From positions 576,001 through 640,000 of the forward strand of contig CAVTET010000003.1 in the NCBI GenBank assembly GCA_963733675.1: 64,000 nt of DNA. Direction: 5' to 3'. Positions within the stretch are counted from its first letter, which is position 1, and each line of letters starts with the position of its first letter. Positions 47,571 to 57,219 of the stretch are shown piece after piece. The notes beneath the pieces were generated by a model. That model searched no databases. It worked only from the letters and a program-made list of their open reading frames with translations, and was not told where the DNA came from. The position numbers and the translations under genes were made by a program. Source of the stretch: an uncultured Methanosarcinaceae archaeon. GTDB taxonomy: Archaea; Halobacteriota; Methanosarcinia; Methanosarcinales; Methanosarcinaceae.

Positions 47571-47876
47571 TTAAGTGTCCAAGTTTGAGCATTGTAGAAA
47601 CTTTAAAGCATGTATGGGATATCCTCCATAACAACTGTCACATAACACAGTTACAGTGGGACTTTTACCCCATTGTCTTACCGTTTTTATCATCCCACAA
47701 TTTTCTAATTCACCCAATACTTTCGGAAAAGCCCAATCCTGGATAGGTAAAAATGAATTTATACCCTTCACGGTAACTACTAAATTTTTAGATTTCTCAA
47801 ATCCTTTTAAGTGCCAAATATGCATAGCTACCCTGTAGGTATGTCCCACTGAATTTGAAGGTAACTTGCCTGACAA
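47571..47876 (-). CDS. Hypothetical ORF in frame with purA (possibly a winged-helix fragment)
   Basis: 101 codons, TTG start without a clear RBS; LGELENCGMIKTVRQWGKSPTVTVL resembles a wHTH wing. Confidence 0.35.
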   Translation of the reverse strand: MSGKLPSNSVGHTYRVAMHIWHLKGFEKSKNLVVTVKGINSFLPIQDWAFPKVLGELENCGMIKTVRQWGKSPTVTVLCDSCYGGYPIHALKFLQCSNLDT

Positions 47877-47891
47877 GCTTACTAAATAGAA

Positions 47892-49166
47892 CTATTCTTT
47901 TTTAAAGGTTTGCGACCTGGCTGGACCTACTGAAATATAATTGATAGGTACTTTCATAAGTTCTTCTAACCTTTTGACATAATTTTTAGAATTTTTGGGG
48001 AGCTCCTCAAAGGTTTTTACTTCAGTTAGATCATTTCCCCACCCTGGGAGATCTTCGTAAACAGGTTTGCAATCCAATAGGTCATCTGCGAGTTCCGGGG
48101 GATAATCCAATTTTTTTCGTTTGTAATTATAGCAAACACAGATCCTGATCGGGTCAATACCTGTCAATACATCCAATTTGGTTAGAGAAATCTCAGTATA
48201 CCCATTAAGAACAATAGCTTTTTTCAAGAGAGGCAGATCGAACCATCCGCATCTTCGCCCTCTACCGGTAGTTGTCCCGAATTCTCCCCCAGCTTTCTGT
48301 ATCTTTTCTCCCAGTTCTCCTGTAAGCTCTGTGGGAAGCGGGCCGTCTCCTACTCTTGTGATATAAGCTTTAACTATAGCAATCACTTTGTCAACCCTTG
48401 TAGGACCTACCCCAAGGTTGGCACAGGCAGAACCTGCTATTGTTGAAGAAGAAGTTACGAATTTTTGAGTACCATGTATCACATCGAGATGAGTACCCTG
48501 AGCAGCTTCAGCCATTACATGTTTTCCTTCATCGAGAGCCTCATTGATTTCTCTAGAAACATCGGTGACATAATAAGCAAATTGCCTTCCAAGTTCAGAA
48601 TATTTATTTATCCGGGTAGGGTCTCTGACTATTTTCGGATCTCCTCCCATTGCTTCAATTTCTTTTTCTTTCTGGGGAGCAAGCTCCTCAAGTTTTGCAA
48701 GTAAGCGTTCGCTGTCCACAAGCTCAGCCAGGCGGATTTCGTCTCTCGCAACCTTATCAATGTAAGCATTACCTATTCCGCGTTTCGTGGTTCCTATTTT
48801 TGTTTTCCTCGACTCTTCCCTTAGCAAGTCCATTTCTATATGATAGGGCATGATTATACTCGTTTTTGCATCCACTCCAAAATTATCAGCATTTATTTTT
48901 ATTCCATGTTGCTCAAGCATTGAAATTTCTTCAGCCAGAATTTTCGGGTTCAGAACAACCCCAGGCCCGATAAGAACCCTGGTATCAAGAAGGATACCTG
49001 AAGGAATAAGATGCAGCTTGTAGATTTCATCCCCTACCCTTACTGTATGACCTGCATTGTCTCCTCCCTGAAAACGAGCAACAATGTCATAATCCTTTGC
49101 AAGAAGGTCTACTATCTTTCCTTTTCCCTCATCACCGAACTGCGCACCCGTGATTATTGTAAACAT
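47892..49166 (-). CDS. purA: Adenylosuccinate synthetase
   Basis: GAQFGDEGKGK, QGGDNAGHT, IGTTKRGIG, EFGTTTGRGRRCGW and TKLD; ends in TAG. Confidence 0.97.
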   Translation of the reverse strand: MFTIITGAQFGDEGKGKIVDLLAKDYDIVARFQGGDNAGHTVRVGDEIYKLHLIPSGILLDTRVLIGPGVVLNPKILAEEISMLEQHGIKINADNFGVDAKTSIIMPYHIEMDLLREESRKTKIGTTKRGIGNAYIDKVARDEIRLAELVDSERLLAKLEELAPQKEKEIEAMGGDPKIVRDPTRINKYSELGRQFAYYVTDVSREINEALDEGKHVMAEAAQGTHLDVIHGTQKFVTSSSTIAGSACANLGVGPTRVDKVIAIVKAYITRVGDGPLPTELTGELGEKIQKAGGEFGTTTGRGRRCGWFDLPLLKKAIVLNGYTEISLTKLDVLTGIDPIRICVCYNYKRKKLDYPPELADDLLDCKPVYEDLPGWGNDLTEVKTFEELPKNSKNYVKRLEELMKVPINYISVGPARSQTFKKE

Positions 49167-49824
49167 AAAGCCTGATTCTGGCTTAACCATTAATAAGTTT
49201 TTGTTTGCGTTATTTTTATTTAGGCTTCATGACAATCCCAAATTGAAAACATTTGTTCATTGTTACGAATGTCAGGAATAATATTGAACTGACCCAGAAA
49301 ATAAGCTTGTCACGAATCCATAATCCATGCCTTTTAATGAGTTTTTTGGAGTAAGTAGACTGGATATGGAATCTTCCTTACATTCCGTACTTAATTAGCT
49401 TTTAATCGATGATATCAAAGCAAATTTGCTTTTTTAGTCCTATTAAACGATGATATCTGACAAAGATGTATCTTCTTCCAGTTAATGCCATATACATCAA
49501 TAATTTCATTTGATATTTTTGCCTAGAATTACCCACAATTCACAAAAACTTAGTTTATGTACTTTGATTAGAGTTAAATTCAAAATTGATGATCTAAATT
49601 TCAATGAACCTACTTCATAAACGGGAACAAAAAACATTATTTAAAGAAATTCTCAAACTGTGAGTTCCATTCAAGATCTAGAACTCTTAAGGCTCTCTAG
49701 ATAACAATCAGTCTCATGATGTTGTGGAGGATTTCCCTATATAATGCCTCGAGAATATCCAGTAGATTGATCTAAAATACCTAGTCAAAAATGGACTAAG
49801 ACTCGAATTTGAGAGATCTTACTA

Positions 49825-49913
49825 GAGTATTTCGATAAGCTCCCTAATTTTGTACTTTGCTTATAAATGGTAAATAAATGATTCACGAAAATTAGAGGTT
49901 GATCAAAATCCTC
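49825..49913. mobile_element. 89-bp miniature inverted-repeat element
   Basis: GAGTATTTCGATAAGCTCC...AGAGGTTGATCAAAATCCTC. Confidence 0.75.
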
Positions 49914-50413
49914 ACTAATTAGTACATGTTTTAGTACAAAAATATGTTAATCGAAACAATACGTTTAGAACCAGAATCTAAAGCTGGCATATATTTTATA
50001 ATATGTAAATTTGTTTCTTGATTCTCTTTTATTCATACGATACAAAGTTATATCTTTTGTTTTCGATATTTTCGCTCCTTCAGAAAAATATGTGTTTATT
50101 TGAATATTTTTATTAGAAGAACTAACTTATGTCCATTATTTTCCAAATGATAATTCAATTTGTTCATTTTAGGCAAGTATTTATGATCAGAAACAATATT
50201 TCCTCATATAATATATTACTTGACTATTAATCATCAAATAACATTTTTTGAGATTGTCAGTTTTGATAACCAATTATTATATCCTATAAATATACAAGTT
50301 GCCTTGAATATACGGATATGTAATTATTTGACGAAATGGTATTCTCACAGTGTGTCTATCGATAGAAAACATAAAAATGTATCAAATTAAGCAAAATTTT
50401 GGAGATGAAACAA

Positions 50414-50782
50414 ATGAGTAAGCAAAAACTTTCCAGAATAATTAATATTTTGATAGCTGTATTTCTCATAGTAACATTAACAGTTGCTTCAGCAAGCGCA
50501 TGTTCTAGTAAGTCGGTCAAAAACTCAAATTCGGTTGATAACAATATCCCTGTCGACTCGAATCCGGTTAATTACGAAAATCCCAGCAATATGAATCCGA
50601 TTAGCAACATGAATCCAGTTAGCAACACGAATCCGGTTAATTACGGAAACCCCAGCAACATGAATCCGGTTAATTATGGAAATCCCAGCAACATGAATCC
50701 GGTTAATTATGGAAACCCCAGCAACATGAATCCAGTTAACGGAAACCTTGATAATGGGTTTAATTCTAACAGTTGGATTTGA
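50414..50782 (+). CDS. Small secreted Asn/Pro-repeat protein (leader family member 1)
   Basis: Leader MSKQKLSRIINILIAVFLIVTLTVASASA, then NPVNYGNPSNM repeats (33-bp unit); GGAG ribosome-binding site. Confidence 0.8.
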   Translation: MSKQKLSRIINILIAVFLIVTLTVASASACSSKSVKNSNSVDNNIPVDSNPVNYENPSNMNPISNMNPVSNTNPVNYGNPSNMNPVNYGNPSNMNPVNYGNPSNMNPVNGNLDNGFNSNSWI

Positions 50783-52064
50783 ACATTTGGTTTGTCAGCT
50801 ATAAGGCCTATTGGGTTCTACAAAAAAATAATTGAAACAAGAGATTTTTTTATCATTTTCTGGATTTTTGATTGAGTGCAGCCATTAGCCGGTATAATTA
50901 ATTGCACATTTTGTCAATACCAGAAGATATTAAAAAAATCTCTGGAATAAAGAACTTTCATTATAGTCCTCAAAGTAAAAATGAAGATTTCAAAAACTTA
51001 GACTAATGAACTTATCTACAAGTAGACTTACTGGTATTTTCGCAAATTTGCTGTAAATTCAAAGCTGAATTTTTGTATACTATCTGTAATTGGGTTCTTC
51101 AAAGGTGTGATTTCTACCCGCAAAATTTCTTTAGAGTTTTGATTTCAAAAAAAGAGATCCACTTTCTTATACCCTCTCTACTAAACTTAAATGTAGAGAC
51201 TTTCAGTTATTCCCTAGGTTTTGAAAATCTGTGCATTTTTTCAATTTGATCCAAAATTTTGATATTTTTACTGGAATTATGTGGCAACACTGCAGAAATT
51301 TTGAGAAAATGTATCATTTTTACTAAAATAATTGTTACAGCATAAATCCAAAATGTTGCTGCCTTCAGACATTGAATAATATAATTTCTATAAATATTGA
51401 ATGTAAATGTTATTAGAACATGTAGAAATTAAATTGCTCCATAACTACATCAACGATAAAGCTCCATTGCTTCAAACGAGACACTCTATATAAATCCAAG
51501 TATATCACATTATTGGACCTTCTGGCAAATTACATTATTAACTTCGTCAGTGATTTACTTGAACGTACTGGTGGTTGATGCGGGGATTCGGCTAAGAACC
51601 TTTAGAATACCTAATTATGGCATCTGAACAAAACTAGGGAAAACGTGGAAATGCGCATACAGGTGTTTACACATGGAGATTATTTTATATGAGATACTAA
51701 CTGAAAAACTTGTTATTTCATGGAAACAATACTCTTTCGTTAATGAAACAACACCTAAAGTCAATCCCTATATCTCTTCACAAGCTACAATCGTCAATTT
51801 CTCCTGAAATATATGCCCATAGTACTCAAGTCAATGCGCCTAAATCAGGATGAAGGATATCAGCTTACAAGTGCACTCTGGAATGATTTGAAGTATTTTG
51901 CAGATATCGATTTATTACTTTTCAAGATGGATAAAGAAACAGTATCAATGGATGTTCACACACCATCCAATATGGATAGTAAACAGCTTGATTTCCATCT
52001 TATTTTTGGCACTTTTATAATTAATTGTGCCAATTGTAGACCTAATGCAGCACCGATAAAGCAT

Positions 52065-52154
52065 AGACCATTACGATTTGCCTCTGATTTTTATAAATTA
52101 TTTATCTGTCACTCATAATCATATGACACAATTTAGGAGTTTGTCAAAATTCTC
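52065..52154. mobile_element. About 90-bp inverted-repeat element, degenerate
   Basis: TTACGATTTGCCTCTGATT...CATATGAC...GGAGTTTGTCAAAATTCTC; colinear with 5115-5202. Confidence 0.6.
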
Positions 52155-52299
52155 CTTGATTAATTTTTTTTTGTGTCCTTTGGATATGTGGAAATATTTT
52201 CGGATTAGAAGATATTCAAAATATGGAAGAGAATCAAAGTATAAGTAATAGTACAAATAATATCATTATACTGAGCCCAGTTGACAAAAATATTTAATG

Positions 52300-52490
52300 C
52301 AAATGATAATTGTGGACAATGTGTTAGATTTTTGGAAAATATGAATTTCAGGGATACATACTTTCTTGGGTCATAATGAGTAAAGAGTCTACAACTAGTA
52401 AATATTCTTGTTGAACAACTAAAGAATACAATCGAATTTGATAATGGTTAGGGAACAAGTTTCAAAATACTATTTCAGAAAAAAGACTAA
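52300..52490 (+). pseudogene. Histidine kinase HATPase C-terminal remnant
   Basis: IIVDN, ENMNFRDT and LQLVNILVEQLKNTIEF..GTSFKILF match the Methanosarcina sensor kinase C-terminus; directly upstream of a receiver gene. Confidence 0.65.
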
Positions 52491-52527
52491 TTCTTTTGAA
52501 GTTTATTCATTATAAAGGAGAGGTACA

Positions 52528-52938
52528 ATGAAAAAAGCAAAAATTCTGGTTGTCGAAGATCAGAGTATAGTGGCTCTCAACATCAGGAATAAGCTGATAA
52601 ATCTCGGTTATACTGTGCCTGGTACTGCATCTACTGTAGAAGAAGCCATAAGAAAAGCGAAGCTGACAAATGCAGATCTTGTTTTGATGGACATTATGTT
52701 GAAAGGGGATAGGGATGGAATTGAAGCTGCCCGTGAAATCAAACAGCAACTAAAAATCCCGGTACTTTATTTGACCGCATATACTGATGATGAGACTCTC
52801 GCTAGAGCAAAAACTACAGAGCCTGCAGGATATATCTCAAAACCTTTTAAGGAAGAAGACCTGCATATCAGTATAGAGATGGCTTTGCACAAACAGAGAA
52901 TTGAAAGAGAAGAGAGCGATAACCTAGTTGATAATTAG
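52528..52938 (+). CDS. Response regulator receiver protein
   Basis: ILVVED, LVLMDI, DG, YLTA and YISKPF; GAGG ribosome-binding site. Confidence 0.92.
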   Translation: MKKAKILVVEDQSIVALNIRNKLINLGYTVPGTASTVEEAIRKAKLTNADLVLMDIMLKGDRDGIEAAREIKQQLKIPVLYLTAYTDDETLARAKTTEPAGYISKPFKEEDLHISIEMALHKQRIEREESDNLVDN

Positions 52939-52964
52939 TTTTTTAAACAAAGAGCCAAAAAAAC

Positions 52965-53819
52965 GGTTCCGTTGCAAAAAATCCTTTCTAATGATACAAT
53001 AGAATAAAAAGAAAACCAAAGATAGTAGTATGCTATCTAATTCCTTTAAATGGAAGCATTATGAAGGAGAAATTATCCTATTGAATGTAAGATGGTACTT
53101 AAAATATCCATTGAGCTATAGAAATTTAAAGGGAATGATGATAGAAAGAGGAGTAAAAGTCGACCATACAACAATCATGAGATGGATACATCAATATTCC
53201 CCTGAAATCGAAAAGAAGATAAGAAGACATTTAAGACTAACAAACTATTCGTGGAGAGTTGATGAAACCTATATCAAAGTAAAGGGTAAATGGAAATATT
53301 TTTACCGAGCAGTTGACTCAAATGGAGACACAATTGATTTCATGTAAAGTGCAAAACGAAACCAATAAGTAGCGAAGAGATTCTTTAAGAAAGCTTTGAG
53401 TTCTAATCATAATCAAATTCCACAAGTAATAACAGTTGATAAGAATCCAGCTTATCCACCTGCTATAGATGAACTGAAAAATGATAAAATACTACCTAAA
53501 AACGTAAACCTTCGACAAATCAAGTATTTGAATAACGTTATAGAACAAGATCATAGATCTCTAAAGCAAATCGTTAATCCAATGTTAGGATTTCAGTATT
53601 TTCTATCTGCTAATAATACTTTAAAAGGAATTGAATCTATGAATATGATTAAAAAAGATAAGTCAATAATTTAAATTACTCTGTTTTTAATGAAGTCAAA
53701 TACATTAATCAATTGCTTGGTATAGTTTCATAATGTTAGTACATTTTCTTTGAATATTTTGATTTTTATTCATTACTCATAGATTTACATGCTTATTTTG
53801 AAATTTTTGCAACGGAACC
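52965..53819 (+). mobile_element. IS6-family element, inactive
   Basis: Both GGTTCCGTTGCAAAAA TIRs present. Transposase has an internal TAA (53345-53347) and a late frameshift; no flanking duplication. Confidence 0.93.
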
Positions 53820-54145
53820 ATATTATGTCTAGCTTGATCATGCATTCCCATTCTTTTTCTATATTATTAGTTAGCAATATTCAAAGATTATTCAGCAAGA
53901 TGTGGAATATTTATCTACCTTCGTTTGAGTGTTATAATGTATTAAACTTCTAATATATGTTCACTCAGTTTGATAGTTAAATTGATATAGTCATATATAT
54001 AATCACAAAATTTGTAAGTTTCTTACTTATAAATTTATTTTTGATCAAAATTCGATCTTATAGTCGTAAATGCATCAATTATTTTTTACCTGCTTTATAT
54101 ATAATCCGACAAGTTCCTCTATAAAATATCTAAACTACGTGTTGT

Positions 54146-54696
54146 ATGAATTCCGCAATAACTATACAGAACGTGGTGGCATCCGCTACGTTGGCTGAAG
54201 ATTTAGATCTACCTAAGATCGAAGCTGGGCTGGAAGGCACCGAATATAACAAAATGAAATTCCCGGGTCTTGTTTACAGAATTAAGGATCCTAAGGTATG
54301 CTTTCTAATTTTCACCACCGGAAAAGTGGTATGCACCGGATCCAGGAACGTCGAGAACGTCTACATAGCTATAACCAATCTAACTAATACGCTCAAGTCC
54401 ATTGGCTGCGAAAGGATAGATACAAAACCTGAGATTCATGTTCAGAACATTGTAGCTTCCGCAGATTTGGATGCGCAACTAAACTTGAATAGTATTGTTA
54501 TGGCCTTTGGCATAGAAAACGTCGAATACGAGCCAGAGATATTTCCTGGGCTTGTTTATAGGATTAAGGTTCCAAAGTTAGTAGTGCTCTCGGCTCTGGC
54601 AAGTTGGTGATCGCGGGTGGCAAAACTCCGGAGGATTGCGTGGAAGGTGCGCGGATCATCAGGACAGAGTTCGACAACTTCGGATTGCTTTATTAA
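54146..54696 (+). pseudogene. tbp: TATA-box binding protein paralogue with a frameshift near 54590
   Basis: [28 protein letters not shown] and a second repeat [13 protein letters not shown]; [14 protein letters not shown] continues in another frame to TAA 54696. Confidence 0.88.
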
Positions 54697-54777
54697 ATAT
54701 ATCCTAGAAGTCTGTAAACTCGTAACGGATGCCACATACTAAATTGGGAAGTACATAAGAGAATAATAGGAAAAAAT

Positions 54778-55056
54778 ATGCATATAACCAACAAGACAGA
54801 AACAGAAGATACGATATTTGAATTTACACTTTCTCACTCCGGCTCACCTAGAGACCCATTCGACCAGACCCTAGTATGCATTTTAAGAGGAAAAGACGGC
54901 TTAGGCTTTGCAGAAATAGACATCTCCCAGATAATAACAAGAACAGGCAACTTTAAAGAAAGAAAAATATCACAATAGTACATTGAAGAGCCAGGAAATA
55001 GAAAGCCTGGTGAAAATATAGTAAAGAACAAACAACTAAAATTATTAAAAATATGA
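54778..55056 (+). CDS. Hypothetical protein, possibly with an internal amber codon
   Basis: 66-codon ORF with AGGA upstream; TAG at 54976-54978 is followed by 25 more open codons. Confidence 0.35.
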
Positions 55057-56178
55057 ACCCGATTATTGAAAGTGGGCAAAATATAAAATATCTAATTAGG
55101 CGAGTTTTAAAAGAATAGATGGGGTAATCAAAGGAAATACTTTGTCTGTATTTTGTAAAATCTGGCTGGACATGTCTTTCTTCAACCTGTGATTCTATCA
55201 TTAAAGATTTTATGGAAGTTGGGTATGACAAAGACGAAAATGAATCCGTTTATAACCACAATAAAATTCTTCACTGTTATTTTTGGGGCTCTGGTGGTCG
55301 TGATTATGGCCGTTTTCAAAATGCTATTGAGAAGACAGACTCGAGATAAAAGTAAATTCCTTTTTCTTTGTTTTTTGTCTTATTTAATCCTGTTCGGACT
55401 TTAGCAGGCCTGGTGGGATGCTCGGATAAAAACAGTAAGTAAAGACTTTTCCTAAAATGAGAATAGAAAACTAGTAATTATATTTTTTTTTGCAGCTGGA
55501 ATAAAGCAAGCTTAAGATAAAAAAGGATGAAGGGCAAGCCAGAGGACAGGCCAGATAATCCAATAGTTTTATTGGAAAACAACAGTATATTTAAAGGCCA
55601 TTTATAAATCTATTTTAATAAAACATGTGTAAAACAGATCCTTTTCAGCCGAAAATATCCGAATATCAGCTAAAATCTCCCAAAATACAGAGTTTTCATC
55701 ACAAAAAAAACTGTGTATTAATGAACCAATATAAAGTAATAGTAAAACTCACAGAACAGAACGAAATAATGCTGAAATCCAATATATTCCCTTTATTTGA
55801 TAAAGTGCTACTTTTATTGCAAACTATATCAACGATAATTCAAATACAATCCAATAAATGGTACACTAGAATGCACTGGTAAATTTCTAATCTGTAGCTG
55901 GACAAGGTCTAAACTAAAATACAGATGGTAAAAAAGCATACTTAAAGGATCGGAGAAAAAGATGCATGAATCATGTTTTTTCGATTGTAATGTTTTGATT
56001 TATAAGTGAATTTCATTTTTATTTCATATGGACCTAAGTTTAAATGATAATAAAATATAGCCATCAATTCAAGCAATTTATCAGAAATTCATTTATTATG
56101 CCTTGAAAAGATGGCTATGATGCTATTTCATTTTGTACTCACCAGCTCCAGACTCAGCGACTGTGCTCGTTAGATCCG

Positions 56179-56520
56179 TCAGTGATGGCCGTGGCCATGA
56201 CCGTGACCGTGGCCATGATGGTGGTGATGGTGGTGGTGATGGTGGTGCCAGTGATGATAACTGTCCCAGTATCCATCTCCATCGTATCCGTAGCCATATC
56301 CGGCTACTACAACTGGTTCAACTGCAACTGGTTCTGTATAATAACCACCATAATAACCATCTCCCCAGTACCCGTGATGATGGTGATAGTGATGATGATG
56401 TCCATGGCCATGGCCATGCGGAGCAGCAACAGCTGCCATAGCTGTCATTGATGCCACAAAAAGAACTGCTAGCAAAATAACCAATATCTTTTTTATTTTA
56501 CTAGATGTTTGTTTCAACAC
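56179..56520 (-). CDS. Small secreted histidine-rich protein (leader family member 2)
   Basis: GGAGTGA RBS, GTG start, leader MLKQTSSKIKKILVILLAVLFVASMTAMAAVAA; about 30 His in the 80-residue mature part. Confidence 0.85.
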   Translation of the reverse strand: MLKQTSSKIKKILVILLAVLFVASMTAMAAVAAPHGHGHGHHHHYHHHHGYWGDGYYGGYYTEPVAVEPVVVAGYGYGYDGDGYWDSYHHWHHHHHHHHHHHGHGHGHGHGHH

Positions 56521-56820
56521 TTATTTCACTCCTTTATGACTAAAATTGATAATTGTACTGGAATTTTTTCTTGGTAACTATTCAGGCTACAAAGAATTGA
56601 TTGGTTGACATCTATTCTATTACGTCAACTACTTTTGATGAACTACATTACTTATTGAGTTTGTTAGTTATTTAAAATTAATTATAAAAAAAATAGCTTC
56701 TGAATAAAACTTCTTTTCCCATAAAATATTTTAACATTGGACTATTATTTAATATTAATATTGTTTTATTAAAAAGTAGGATGTTGAGCCAATATTTTTG
56801 CTGACAAAATTTCATTTTTT

Positions 56821-56900
56821 GTTGTTTGGGTTAAGTAGTTTCAAGTGCTCCATAAGCTCCACATGCTCTATAAGTTACATAAGCTCCATGAGTAACAGAT
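56821..56900. repeat. 9-bp-periodic element, copy 1 (copy 2 at 62221-62318)
   Basis: TAGTTTCAAGTG followed by ATAAGCTCC-like units and AAGCTCCATGAGT in both copies. Confidence 0.7.
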
Positions 56901-57219
56901 ATGTATCTGGTGTGTATCCTTCCAGTGAATCTTGATACTAAGGGTTGAAATAACGGTATACTCTAAATTGTTTTAAACTTTCACCTTTTTTTCTTTCCAA
57001 CTGCATAAATCCTATCATATTTCTTTTATTGAGATGCAGATGTACTTTTTAATATCATAGACTTTTTTAGACATACTTATTTATTTATAGCCCCCTTGTC
57101 TTATAATTAACGTGGTTTCTAATTATACTGATATACATAACATTAAAAAACCGTTTATTTTGGCACTTGGCCTAGTGCATAGTAAAAATATCAAAATAAT
57201 ATTTAAAAGACGGTCTATT

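Noticed and set aside
50561-50740. 33-bp repeats as a CRISPR array
   Set aside because: Units are contiguous, in frame and inside a signal-peptide ORF.
51813-52118. 101-aa ORF
   Set aside because: No motif, and its 3' end runs into an 88-bp element; cannot be supported as a gene.
56133-56451. Plus-strand ORFs 56133-56441 and 56182-56451
   Set aside because: Antisense shadows of the His-rich gene, which has the RBS and leader.
56574-56585. Solo GTAACTATTCAG identical to the IS66 terminus
   Set aside because: 12-bp match only, with no partner end or internal IS66 sequence; may be chance.
56604-56629. GTTGAC-N14-GTCAAC inverted repeat upstream of the His-rich gene
   Set aside because: Only 6-bp arms, and I did not find it upstream of the other leader-family genes.
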